This document shows, piece by piece, positions 1 to 7,768 of a stretch of DNA of 64,000 nt. The stretch covers positions 109-64,108 of the forward strand of contig JAAWQS010000005.1 of the NCBI GenBank assembly GCA_022800665.1, read 5' to 3'. The stretch is from Oscillospiraceae bacterium (GTDB taxonomy: Bacteria > Bacillota > Clostridia > Oscillospirales > Oscillospiraceae). The notes under the pieces are model-generated. The model ran no database searches. It saw only the letters and a list, made by a program, of their open reading frames with translations, and had not been told where the DNA came from. The position numbers were made by a program, and so were the translations under genes. The number at the start of each line of letters is the position of its first letter. Positions within the stretch are counted from its first letter, which is position 1.

Positions 1-15
1 CACAAATTTTTTCAT
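1..15 (-). CDS. 5' end (MKKFV...) of a minus-strand CDS that runs off the left edge; product unknown
   Basis: ATG at 15..13 with GAGGTG Shine-Dalgarno 4 nt upstream and a promoter at 103-131. Only 5 codons are visible. Confidence 0.3.
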
Positions 16-102
16 AAGACACCTCGCAATATGTTTGTCCTTCTATTGTACTCCATCCTTTTATCCAAAACAATATATAATTTGTCGATTTATCACGAGT
101 TC

Positions 103-131
103 AGTATACCACAAAAGCGAATGACATTCAA
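103..131 (-). promoter_or_regulatory. sigma-70-type promoter TTGAAT-17 nt-TATACT (TG-extended -10)
   Basis: Hexamers read directly on the minus strand (-10 at 103-108, -35 at 126-131). It lies upstream of the edge CDS. Confidence 0.45.
119..129. promoter_or_regulatory. 11-bp perfect palindrome GAATGACATTC, copy 1 (candidate operator, overlaps the -35)
   Basis: Exact palindrome. The same 15-mer CGAATGACATTCAAC recurs 135 bp away. Confidence 0.4.
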
Positions 132-253
132 CTTTCGTTTATAGGCACAAACTGCCTCTTTGGTCCGCTCCCTGTCTGGCCTGCTCCTTCATGTCTTTGG
201 GCCTATTGCCGCCGCTCTCGCTGCTCTTTTGTGCAAACCTTGATTCGCATTAC

Positions 254-264
254 GAATGACATTC
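254..264. promoter_or_regulatory. 11-bp perfect palindrome GAATGACATTC, copy 2
   Basis: Identical to copy 1. It lies just downstream of the HAD gene stop. Confidence 0.35.
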
Positions 265-304
265 AACCCTCATTGATATGCGCTGCTGCATATAGCGGGA
301 GAAA

Positions 305-934
305 TCAGAGAAATTTCCACACGTCCGCCAAGCTGTCGAGCACAGCATCCGCCGCGCTCTGGTCTATCGCCTCCCCGTGCCGGGGCCGCAGGGCATAAAC
401 GCGGAGTCCGGCTCCCTTTGCAGCGGCAATGCCGGTGGCAGAATCCTCCACTGCAACAGCAGTGTCAGACATCAGCCCCAACGCCTCCAACGCCCGCAGG
501 TAAATTTCCGGCGACGGTTTGTGGGCAGTGCAGTCCTGACCGCTGATGATATAGTCCACCAAACGGGTCACACCGGCGGCCTCGGTCATCCGGACCACCG
601 CCTCCCGGTCCGAGGACGACGCAATGCCTGTTTTCAGCCCCTTGTCCTTCAACTGCGCGAACAGCTCCGGGACCTGCGGATTCATCAATTCCCGATAGGG
701 GGCGGGATGCAGCCGCCGGTAGGCGCGGTAGCCCATGAGCATCTGGCTGCGGAACTCCTCGTCCGCCGGGACCAGGGCCTCCCAGATTGCCCGCTCATTG
801 GAACCGGTGAAATCCGCCGTTTCCTGTACCGCGAAATCCATGCGCCGGAGAAATTCCTCCCGACGCTGCCGGTAAAATGCCTCGGTGTCCACCAGAACGC
901 CGTCCATATCAAATATAATTCCTTTTACCATCAC
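305..934 (-). CDS. HAD-superfamily hydrolase (subfamily IA, beta-phosphoglucomutase/sugar-phosphatase-like)
   Basis: N-terminal FDMDGVLVDTE motif I, later SSS and ED motifs. AAAGGAG SD lies 7 nt upstream of the ATG. Confidence 0.85.
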   Translation of the reverse strand: MMVKGIIFDMDGVLVDTEAFYRQRREEFLRRMDFAVQETADFTGSNERAIWEALVPADEEFRSQMLMGYRAYRRLHPAPYRELMNPQVPELFAQLKDKGLKTGIASSSDREAVVRMTEAAGVTRLVDYIISGQDCTAHKPSPEIYLRALEALGLMSDTAVAVEDSATGIAAAKGAGLRVYALRPRHGEAIDQSAADAVLDSLADVWKFL

Positions 935-995
935 TGTGCTCCTTTCTGCAAACGGAGGCGGCTGAAACCAGCCGCCTCCACAGGGTTACATCTTA

Positions 996-1976
996 TCAAT
1001 ACTCTAGCTTCCACATATAGCGGCGTTTGGTGAGGGGATGCTGCCGGGCGTAGCTCAGCTCCTCGGCGTAGACACGGAACACAGCGGTGTGCAGCAGGGG
1101 GTCGAAGTAGGTCGCCACATCGCCCACCACGCCGGACAGGCCGTAGTCCTTTGCGTCCACCACGGTGGTCATGGCGTCAAACCGTTGGAGGAAGGTCAGG
1201 GCGCGGGCATCCACAGAGCGGGTCTTGCCGTCGTTCATCAGGAGGATGAAGGGGACGTCCTTGTCCACAATTTCAAAGGGACCGTGGAAGAACTCACCGG
1301 CGTGGAAGGAGCCGGAGTTGATCCACTGCATTTCCATCATCAGGCAGATGGAGGTGGAATAGGCGACCTCGGCGGAAGCGCCGGAGGACATGACGTAGAT
1401 CACAGGAGCGTCGGCATATCTGACGGCAAACTCCTTGGCGGCTTTCTTCGCCGCCTGGGCGCTGTTCTCTGCCAGCTCGAAGACCTTGTCAAAGCCCGCC
1501 AGCATCTTTTCGTACCGGTCATAGCCCTCGGTCTGCTGGAGGATTTCCAGAGCCAACGCCATGACATAGCCCATCTTTTCCAGCTTGGCGGCGTAATTGG
1601 CCTCAAAGCCGTGGATGATGGAGTAGTCGGCCTCGACCGTCAGGGGGGAACCGGCGGCGTGGGTGACGGCGATTACCGTTGCTCCGGCGGCTTTGGCCAC
1701 AGAGTTGGCCTCCACGGTCTCAGGGGTGGCGCCGCCCAAAGAAGCTGTGATGACCACAGTGGCACTGCCCAGCCAGTCGGGGGTGTCGGTGTTGAACTCG
1801 CTGGCGGTATAGTGGGCCACCCGCAGCTTCTTGGAGGCGTTGGCAAGGAAATACTTGCCCGGATACAGCTCGCTCTTGGACGCGCCGCAGCCCACAAAGG
1901 CTACATTTTCGATGGTCTGTCTGGCAGTGATGCCGGAGACGATGTCCTTGACTTTGTTCATGTCGATGTTGTACAT
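996..1976 (-). CDS. SIS-domain sugar-phosphate isomerase/deglycase (FrlB/AgaS-like)
   Basis: Two SIS-like halves (VAFVGCGASK..., IYVMSSGAS...). Last-but-one gene of a mannose-family PTS operon. AGGAGG SD. Confidence 0.8.
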   Translation of the reverse strand: MYNIDMNKVKDIVSGITARQTIENVAFVGCGASKSELYPGKYFLANASKKLRVAHYTASEFNTDTPDWLGSATVVITASLGGATPETVEANSVAKAAGATVIAVTHAAGSPLTVEADYSIIHGFEANYAAKLEKMGYVMALALEILQQTEGYDRYEKMLAGFDKVFELAENSAQAAKKAAKEFAVRYADAPVIYVMSSGASAEVAYSTSICLMMEMQWINSGSFHAGEFFHGPFEIVDKDVPFILLMNDGKTRSVDARALTFLQRFDAMTTVVDAKDYGLSGVVGDVATYFDPLLHTAVFRVYAEELSYARQHPLTKRRYMWKLEY

Positions 1977-2042
1977 GGATTATTCCTCCTGAAATATAAA
2001 GTGAGTCATATAGTTGGTGCAGTTTGCACAGGAACGCAAAAA

Positions 2043-2861
2043 TCAGATCAGAATGCCGAGAAAATTGACAATGATGCCGCCAACAATGCAGATCGCCAGC
2101 AGCCAGCCGGTCCGGAAACGCTTTTTGATCATGACATACATGGCCATCACGACCGCCAGGTCCAGGGTGTGGGGGAGAATGGAGTCCACAATATCTTGCA
2201 GGACAAGCCCCGCGCTCTCAAAGGCAAGGGGCGTCGTGATCCCCACCATGCTGGCCACCATCGCCCCAATGACCATCAGTCCGACGATGCCGCAGATGTA
2301 CATGAGCTGATCCATCATGCCGCCCTGGAGCTTGGTCAGATACTTGCTGCCCATGGTATAGCCCAGCTTCCCCGCAAACCAGGTCACGACAAAGGACGGA
2401 ACAAAGGAGATCAGCATAGCCAGAATCGGCCCCAGAATGCTGCCCTGCTGGGCCAGCTGGATGCCCAGGCCGAAGGCGATGATGCGGATGGTACCCTGGA
2501 AAAAGCTGTCGCCAATGCCGGAGAGCGGTCCCATAAGGGAGGTCTTCACGGCGTTGATGGTGTCGGGATTGAAATTTTCCCGGTCAGCGGCATACTGCTC
2601 CTCCATCGACGAGGCCAGGCCCAGCGTAAACGCGCTGGTCTGGGGCGTGCAGTTGTAGAAGGCCATGTGACGCTGGTACGCCTCTTTCTTGTGCGCCAGC
2701 TGCTGGGGGTCCTTCTCATCGGGATACAGACGGTCCAGCGTGGGGGCGATGCCGTAGAGAAAGCCCATGTTCATCTGCCGCTCATAGTTCCACGACGCCT
2801 GAATAGCCCAGGACCGCCATGTAAACTGCCAGAATTTCTTGAAATCTCCGTTTTTACCCAT
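2043..2861 (-). CDS. PTS mannose/fructose/sorbose-family EIID component
   Basis: WRSWAIQASWNYERQMNMGFLY signature region typical of EIID. GAAGGAGG SD. Confidence 0.9.
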   Translation of the reverse strand: MGKNGDFKKFWQFTWRSWAIQASWNYERQMNMGFLYGIAPTLDRLYPDEKDPQQLAHKKEAYQRHMAFYNCTPQTSAFTLGLASSMEEQYAADRENFNPDTINAVKTSLMGPLSGIGDSFFQGTIRIIAFGLGIQLAQQGSILGPILAMLISFVPSFVVTWFAGKLGYTMGSKYLTKLQGGMMDQLMYICGIVGLMVIGAMVASMVGITTPLAFESAGLVLQDIVDSILPHTLDLAVVMAMYVMIKKRFRTGWLLAICIVGGIIVNFLGILI

Positions 2862-2879
2862 AACTCTCTTGCCTCCTTC

Positions 2880-3677
2880 TTAAAGATCGTCTTCCAACGG
2901 GTCGTAATCATCCGCCGCCGGTACGCCGCCCGCAGCAGCAGCCGCACCGCCCCGGAATTTCAGACCGGTGAGGATAAACGCCAGGATACAGGCGAAAATG
3001 GCAATGGCGGTGATGTTCAGGCCGATGTAACCCACCAGGAAGAAGCCCAGGAGAAAGTAAACGGTCAGGTCGCGGTTGAGCATACTGGACAGCAGCAGGG
3101 CAATACCATAGGCGGTGAGGAATTTACTGCCCAGGTTCAGGCCGTCGGTCAGCCACGTGGGGATGACCTCCACCAGCTTCTGCACGAAGTCGGTCCCCAG
3201 ATAGACGGCCAGGAAAATCGGGATGAAGTACATCAGGGAATACAGAAGCGTTCCCCATACAATGTGCATACTCCGGGCGCGGCGGAAGTTGCCGTCCGCG
3301 ATGGATTTGTCCGCCACGTGGGTCAGGTTGGACAGGATGGTGCGCATCAGCACGCCCAGCATCTGACCCAGGACGGCGATAGGGATGGCCAGCGCAAGCG
3401 CCGTCTCCGTGCTGGCGTCGGTGAGAATGGCGAAGGCAGAACAGATGATCGCCGCCATATTCATGTCCGGCGGCGCAGCCGCGCCGATGACCACCAGGCC
3501 CAAGCTCATCAGCTCGATAGACGCGCCCACCGCAAGCCCCACCGGCAGATTGCCCAGCAGCAGCCCCACAATGGTACAGGTGATGAGCGGACGCTCAAAG
3601 TTCAGACGGCCCAGCAGGCGGGAGTCCAGAATGCAGAAGACGCCTACCAGACCAAGCAGCAGAGATGTAAGAAGCAT
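2880..3677 (-). CDS. PTS mannose/fructose/sorbose-family EIIC component
   Basis: Polytopic membrane protein in the IIC position between IIB and IID. AAGGAGG SD. Confidence 0.88.
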   Translation of the reverse strand: MLLTSLLLGLVGVFCILDSRLLGRLNFERPLITCTIVGLLLGNLPVGLAVGASIELMSLGLVVIGAAAPPDMNMAAIICSAFAILTDASTETALALAIPIAVLGQMLGVLMRTILSNLTHVADKSIADGNFRRARSMHIVWGTLLYSLMYFIPIFLAVYLGTDFVQKLVEVIPTWLTDGLNLGSKFLTAYGIALLLSSMLNRDLTVYFLLGFFLVGYIGLNITAIAIFACILAFILTGLKFRGGAAAAAGGVPAADDYDPLEDDL

Positions 3678-3699
3678 ATTGCCGTTCCTCCTTGTTGAA

Positions 3700-4164
3700 T
3701 TAGAGCTTCAGGGGTTCTTCCTTGTGGCTGGGAGTCTGCTGCATGAAAATCCGGATTCCTGCATCCCGCAGGCCGCAGGTCTGGGCAATCTCCTCTTCCG
3801 TCAGGAAAATGGACTGGCCGTATTGTTTGGTCTGGGGGCGGTTGGCGGTGGCGCCGTAGTTGATCTCCTTGATCTTGGGGTATGCGTCGCAGAATGCCTT
3901 GAGCGCGGCGACATTGCCGAAGATGAACATGATATTCTCCTGCAGGGTCTCCACCTTGGGCATCTTGGACAGAGCGGTCTCCAGGGTGAAAATGTTCAGC
4001 CGCACGCCGGCGGGTTTGCTGAGGGAAAGAGCGGATTTCTTCAGGCTGTCCGTGGCGGCGTCGTCATCCACCACAATAATACGCTGCGCACTGGTGTGTC
4101 CGGTCCACGCGAACACCACCTGCCCATGCAGCAGACGGTAGTCCAGCCGTACCAATTTGATCAT
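3700..4164 (-). CDS. PTS mannose/sorbose-family EIIB component
   Basis: N-terminal MIKLVRLDYRLLHGQV with the phosphorylatable His of EIIB-Man. The start overlaps the IIA stop. Confidence 0.9.
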   Translation of the reverse strand: MIKLVRLDYRLLHGQVVFAWTGHTSAQRIIVVDDDAATDSLKKSALSLSKPAGVRLNIFTLETALSKMPKVETLQENIMFIFGNVAALKAFCDAYPKIKEINYGATANRPQTKQYGQSIFLTEEEIAQTCGLRDAGIRIFMQQTPSHKEEPLKL

Positions 4165-4583
4165 AGGTCATCCTCCTCATTTTCCGCCGCGTTTTGCAGC
4201 AGTTTGTTACAGTCGGCAATCTGCTCCTGTGCCTGCCGGATAAACTCCTCCAGCAGTTCGCTGCTGATGGGTCCGTCTTCCGCGGCCATGTTCAGCGCAA
4301 GACATGCGTTCATTCCGCACACGATCCGCACTTGCGGGTACTCCGCCAGCAGGGCCAGCAGCGTGTTGTTGACGCTCCCGTTCAGCAGGTCGGTCAGAAT
4401 GTAGACCGGGTCTTCCGGAGCAAAGCTCTCCAGCAGACGCCGTGCGCCCTCCAGGACGGATTCTGTCTCATCCCGCGTAGCGGACAGGACGTGAACATGG
4501 GGGACCTCTCCCACAATCAGCTCCAATGTGCTGCGCATACCGGCAGCCAGCCCGCCATGGGAGGCCAGAATAATTTGATTCAT
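4161..4583 (-). CDS. PTS mannose-family EIIA component
   Basis: MNQIILASHGGLAAG N-terminus typical of EIIA-Man. I prefer the ATG at 4583 (SD AAAGG about 8 nt upstream) over the ORF-track start at 4616. Confidence 0.85.
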   Translation of the reverse strand: MNQIILASHGGLAAGMRSTLELIVGEVPHVHVLSATRDETESVLEGARRLLESFAPEDPVYILTDLLNGSVNNTLLALLAEYPQVRIVCGMNACLALNMAAEDGPISSELLEEFIRQAQEQIADCNKLLQNAAENEEDDL

Positions 4584-4657
4584 CCTCATCACCTTTCTTT
4601 CCCGTTGGTTGACCACGTATCATCTCATTCGTTATATACGTTTCAGTCGTCATATAC

Positions 4658-4685
4658 ATAATACCAAACTAAGGCAAAATGTCAA
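4658..4685 (-). promoter_or_regulatory. sigma-70-type promoter TTGACA-16 nt-TATTAT for the PTS operon
   Basis: Hexamers read on the minus strand (-35 at 4680-4685, -10 at 4658-4663). Confidence 0.5.
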
Positions 4686-4831
4686 GCTCTATTTTGCCTC
4701 TTCCGGCAGTTTTGTAGATTTGAACAAGTTGACCGCTTTTTGTTCGGCAAATCGCACAAAAAGGCCGCCGTTCCAAAGGGAGCGGCGGCGCCGGTCATAA
4801 TTTTAAGTGCGGTTTCTGTAAAATCATCCTG

Positions 4832-4859
4832 TTGACAAGCGGAGTTTCTATGCTATAAT
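4832..4859 (+). promoter_or_regulatory. sigma-70-type promoter TTGACA-16 nt-TATAAT with TGc extended -10, driving the T-box leader
   Basis: Consensus hexamers at 4832-4837 and 4854-4859. Confidence 0.6.
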
Positions 4860-4871
4860 ACGGGAAGATAT

Positions 4872-5099
4872 GCAATTGCGATGAGGAAACCAGTCCAGGA
4901 ATGGCCGCCTGAGCGAGCGGGGGAGAGTGCAAGCCCTGCGGCAGCGCCGTCCTGTACAGCCACTTCCGAGCCGGCGGCGATGAGCCGCACGCCTAGCCCC
5001 CGTTATCGGGCTGACGAGATGTCCCCACAAGGGGGATAATTAGGGTGGTACCGCGGATACCTTCGCCCCTATTTCAGGTGGCGGGGGTATTTTCTTTTA
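4872..5099 (+). promoter_or_regulatory. T-box leader RNA, alanine specifier (GCC)
   Basis: Stem I opens UUGCGAUGAGGAA. The specifier context is ACA-GCC-A-CUUCCGAGC, with GCC at 4959-4961. An AGAGUG distal motif is present. The T-box sequence AAUUAGGGUGGUACCGCGG lies at 5038-5056, followed by a terminator hairpin and U tract. alaS lies downstream. Confidence 0.85.
5057..5099 (+). terminator. intrinsic terminator of the T-box expression platform
   Basis: 11-bp stem AUACCUUCGCC/GGCGGGGGUAU (two G-U pairs), 12-nt loop, then UUUCUUUU. Confidence 0.75.
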
Positions 5100-5118
5100 C
5101 GGGAAAGGAGCTGACGGT

Positions 5119-5529
5119 TTGAAAAAATGGATTGCGCTCTGTCTGGCCCTGCTCTGCGCAGGACTGCTGTGCGCCTGTCAGGGAAAGCCCCTGCCGGATG
5201 GCATGTCAGAGGATACGCTGCTGCAAAGGGGTCAGGAGGTGCTGCTGGAGCTGGTGGAGGGCGACTACGACGCCGTGTACGGATACCTGCGCCCGGATGT
5301 GGCGGCGGACACTTCCCCGGAGGAGATCCAGGCGTTGGCCCTGCGGCAGCTGGACGGTGCGGGGGTGTATAAGCAGATCGACAGCCGTATGGCGACCGGC
5401 CAGACTTCCAACGGCGAGTCCTACGGCGTGGCGGTGCTGTACTGCAAGTTCTCGGAGGACAACGTGCTGGCGCGGCTGGCCTTTGACCCGAACCTGTGCC
5501 TGATCGGACTGGAAATCAAAAAATCATAG
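5119..5529 (+). CDS. DUF3887-like lipoprotein
   Basis: Lipobox LLCAC after a hydrophobic signal peptide. TTG start with AAAGGAG SD 8 nt upstream. The overall pattern resembles DUF3887. Confidence 0.75.
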   Translation: MKKWIALCLALLCAGLLCACQGKPLPDGMSEDTLLQRGQEVLLELVEGDYDAVYGYLRPDVAADTSPEEIQALALRQLDGAGVYKQIDSRMATGQTSNGESYGVAVLYCKFSEDNVLARLAFDPNLCLIGLEIKKS

Positions 5530-5567
5530 CCATACGGCCACTATTTCCACCAACGGAGGATACTGGA

Positions 5568-7742
5568 TTGAATACCCTGCTGACCAGATGCGGCTCTCTT
5601 TTCCTGCGCTGCCGCAGCTGGATTGTCTCTCATTTCGGCGGCACGGAGCCCGCCCTCTGCCAGCTGAGCGCTGTTGTTGGCGCGCTGGTGATTGGAACCG
5701 GCTTTGCCGCCACCTACTGGCCCCAGGGCGTGGGGTACGCTGTGACCTGCGCGGCGGCGTTGACGGCTCTGGAGCTGGCCTTCTGGCTGGCGCGTAAACT
5801 GCTTCGGCTGACTTTGGGCCGCAGTCTCGGATGGCTGCCGGCGTTGGGACTGCTCCTCGGCTCCATCGCGCATACGGTGTGGCGGGGCGCGGGGGAGGGC
5901 TGGACTTACCGGGTCTGGCTGTTCGCCGCCGCTGTGACGGCTCTGCTGTGGCTGCTGGCCGCGTCCTGGTGGAGCCTGCTTCGTTGGCGGCGCACGACGG
6001 GGGCCGTTGCTGCGGCAGCGCTGCTCTCCGCATCCGGGACAGCGCTGCTGGCGGTATTTCTGTTTACCGACGGCTTCAGCGACAACTATATTCCCCGCTA
6101 TCTGGCCCTGAACCCCCATCCGGACGCGGCCTCCTCCCTGCTGGAGCGGTCCATGGGGCCGGGACCCCATGAGCCGGAAATGCTGGACTACGGCCCTGGG
6201 ACGGACTGGGAGGCCGGGACGGTCAATCTGTCCCGGTACATGAGCCGGAACACCGACGGCCTCACCGGCAGCTATGTGGACGCCTACTGGGACTACGATT
6301 TGAACGCCGTGCCTATGGCGGGCCGGGTGTGGTACCCGGCGGACGGCAGGGACTGTCCCGTGCTTTTCATGGCCCACGGCAACCACGAGATTACCACCGA
6401 GTCCTATCTGGGCTACGACTATCTGGGCCGGTACCTGGCGTCCCACGGCTACGTGGTGGTGTCGGTGGACCAGAACGCCTGCAACATGCTTACCGGCGAG
6501 AACGCGGGCCGGGCGGTGCTGCTGCTGGAGCATATCGGCCTGCTGCTGCAATACGGCAGGCAATGGGGGCACCCGCTGTACCGGATGCTGGACAAGGAGC
6601 GGATCGCCATTGCCGGACACAGCCGGGGCGGCGAAATGGTGGCCACGGCATACCTCTTCAACCGCTACGACCGCTACCCGGAAAACGGAGCCATCGCCTT
6701 TGATTACAACTACAATATCAAGTCCATCATCGCCATTGCGCCCACTGTGAACCAGTACAAGCCCGCCGGGCACAGCGTGGAGCTGGAGGACGTGAACTAT
6801 CTGCTGCTCCACGGCGCGGCGGACCGGGATGTGAGCAATTTTATGGGCATGGCCCAATATGAGAACATATCCTTCACCGGTCAGGGGGACTATCTGAAGA
6901 CCGCGCTGTACATAGCCGGAGCCAACCACGGACAGTTCAATTCCCTGTGGGGGGCCTTTGACCAGAGCGGTCCCTTCGCCGCCCTGCTGAATGTGGAGGG
7001 ACTGATGCCGGAGACGGAACAGCAGCGGATTGCGTGTCTGTTTGTGAAAATCTTTTTAGACGTGACCCTGCTGGACGACCAGAGCTGCCGGTCCCTGCTG
7101 ACGGACTGGTCCGCTTACGCGGCGCAGCTGCCGGAGACGGTATATGTGCAGTGCTGGGAGAGCTCGTCCTTTGTACCCATCGCCGACTTTGAGGAGGATT
7201 CCGACCTGGAAACGGCTACCATAGAGGGTGGGGTTCTGTCGGCGGAGGGCGTCGGGCTGTGGACCGAGGAGCTGATGGGCTTCGGCGGCGAGGATACCCA
7301 CGCGCTCAGACTGCGGTGGGGCAGTGGAGGCCGGTATGAGATTTCGTTTCCGGCGTTGGATATGACCGGGCTGTCGGTGTCCTTCGACCTCTGCGACCTG
7401 GACAGCAGGGCGGTTGAAAACGGCCGCTATGAGCGGATTGACGGCACGGTGGAGCTGACGGACGCGGACGGAAACAAGGCCGCGGCCCGTATCGGTGATT
7501 TTTCCGTGGTCTTCCCCATCCTGCCGGTGCGGACGGACAAGCTGGATTTTGTGTTCCGCACCTGCGCGTACAAAAAAGCGTTTGCAACCGTTGCCATTCC
7601 TGGCGAGGCTTTCGTCCCGGAGGGGGAGAGCTTCGATCTGAGCCGGATTGCCGGACTCTCTTTCCGGTTTGAGGGTTCAGGCCAGGCGGCAATGGATAAT
7701 ATTGGTTTAGAAGCCAACCGGCTCCCCAAAGAGCAGCAATAA
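5568..7742 (+). CDS. membrane-anchored alpha/beta-hydrolase (N-terminal multi-TM region, GHSRGG nucleophile elbow, C-terminal beta-rich domain)
   Basis: Hydrophobic helices in the first ~200 aa and a GxSxG motif (AGHSRGGEM). I prefer the TTG at 5568 with GGAGGA SD (5555-5560) over the ORF-track start at 5496, which overlaps the upstream gene. Confidence 0.75.
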   Translation: MNTLLTRCGSLFLRCRSWIVSHFGGTEPALCQLSAVVGALVIGTGFAATYWPQGVGYAVTCAAALTALELAFWLARKLLRLTLGRSLGWLPALGLLLGSIAHTVWRGAGEGWTYRVWLFAAAVTALLWLLAASWWSLLRWRRTTGAVAAAALLSASGTALLAVFLFTDGFSDNYIPRYLALNPHPDAASSLLERSMGPGPHEPEMLDYGPGTDWEAGTVNLSRYMSRNTDGLTGSYVDAYWDYDLNAVPMAGRVWYPADGRDCPVLFMAHGNHEITTESYLGYDYLGRYLASHGYVVVSVDQNACNMLTGENAGRAVLLLEHIGLLLQYGRQWGHPLYRMLDKERIAIAGHSRGGEMVATAYLFNRYDRYPENGAIAFDYNYNIKSIIAIAPTVNQYKPAGHSVELEDVNYLLLHGAADRDVSNFMGMAQYENISFTGQGDYLKTALYIAGANHGQFNSLWGAFDQSGPFAALLNVEGLMPETEQQRIACLFVKIFLDVTLLDDQSCRSLLTDWSAYAAQLPETVYVQCWESSSFVPIADFEEDSDLETATIEGGVLSAEGVGLWTEELMGFGGEDTHALRLRWGSGGRYEISFPALDMTGLSVSFDLCDLDSRAVENGRYERIDGTVELTDADGNKAAARIGDFSVVFPILPVRTDKLDFVFRTCAYKKAFATVAIPGEAFVPEGESFDLSRIAGLSFRFEGSGQAAMDNIGLEANRLPKEQQ

Positions 7743-7768
7743 TCTATTTGTAAAGGAGATATATTCCC

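Noticed and set aside
1038-3698. Very long ORFs antisense to, or out of frame with, recognisable genes. Examples: 1038-3698(+), 5541-6929(-), 7778-10114(-), 11282-13567(-), 16124-17671(-), 17655-18959(-), 20320-22755(-), 22801-24378(-), 25482-27155(+), 36338-38317(+), 38345-39886(+), 55660-57993(-), 58077-61268(-).
   Set aside because: Their translations are Arg/Gly/Pro/His/Ala-rich low-complexity strings with no recognisable motifs. Each fully overlaps a gene with clear family signatures on the other strand or frame. High GC content depletes stop codons, so such shadow ORFs are expected.
4764-4789. GCCGCCG-N12-CGGCGGC hairpin, with a T-run on the minus-strand side, between the divergent PTS and T-box promoters
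   Set aside because: It could be a terminator, but no gene on either strand ends here. It lies upstream of both promoters, so I cannot assign a function. It may simply insulate the two divergent units.
4617-4830. Sigma-54 (-24/-12) promoter or LevR-type control for the mannose-family PTS operon
   Set aside because: No TGGCAC-N5-TTGC(A/T) element is present on the minus strand. A good sigma-70-type TTGACA-16-TATTAT is present instead.
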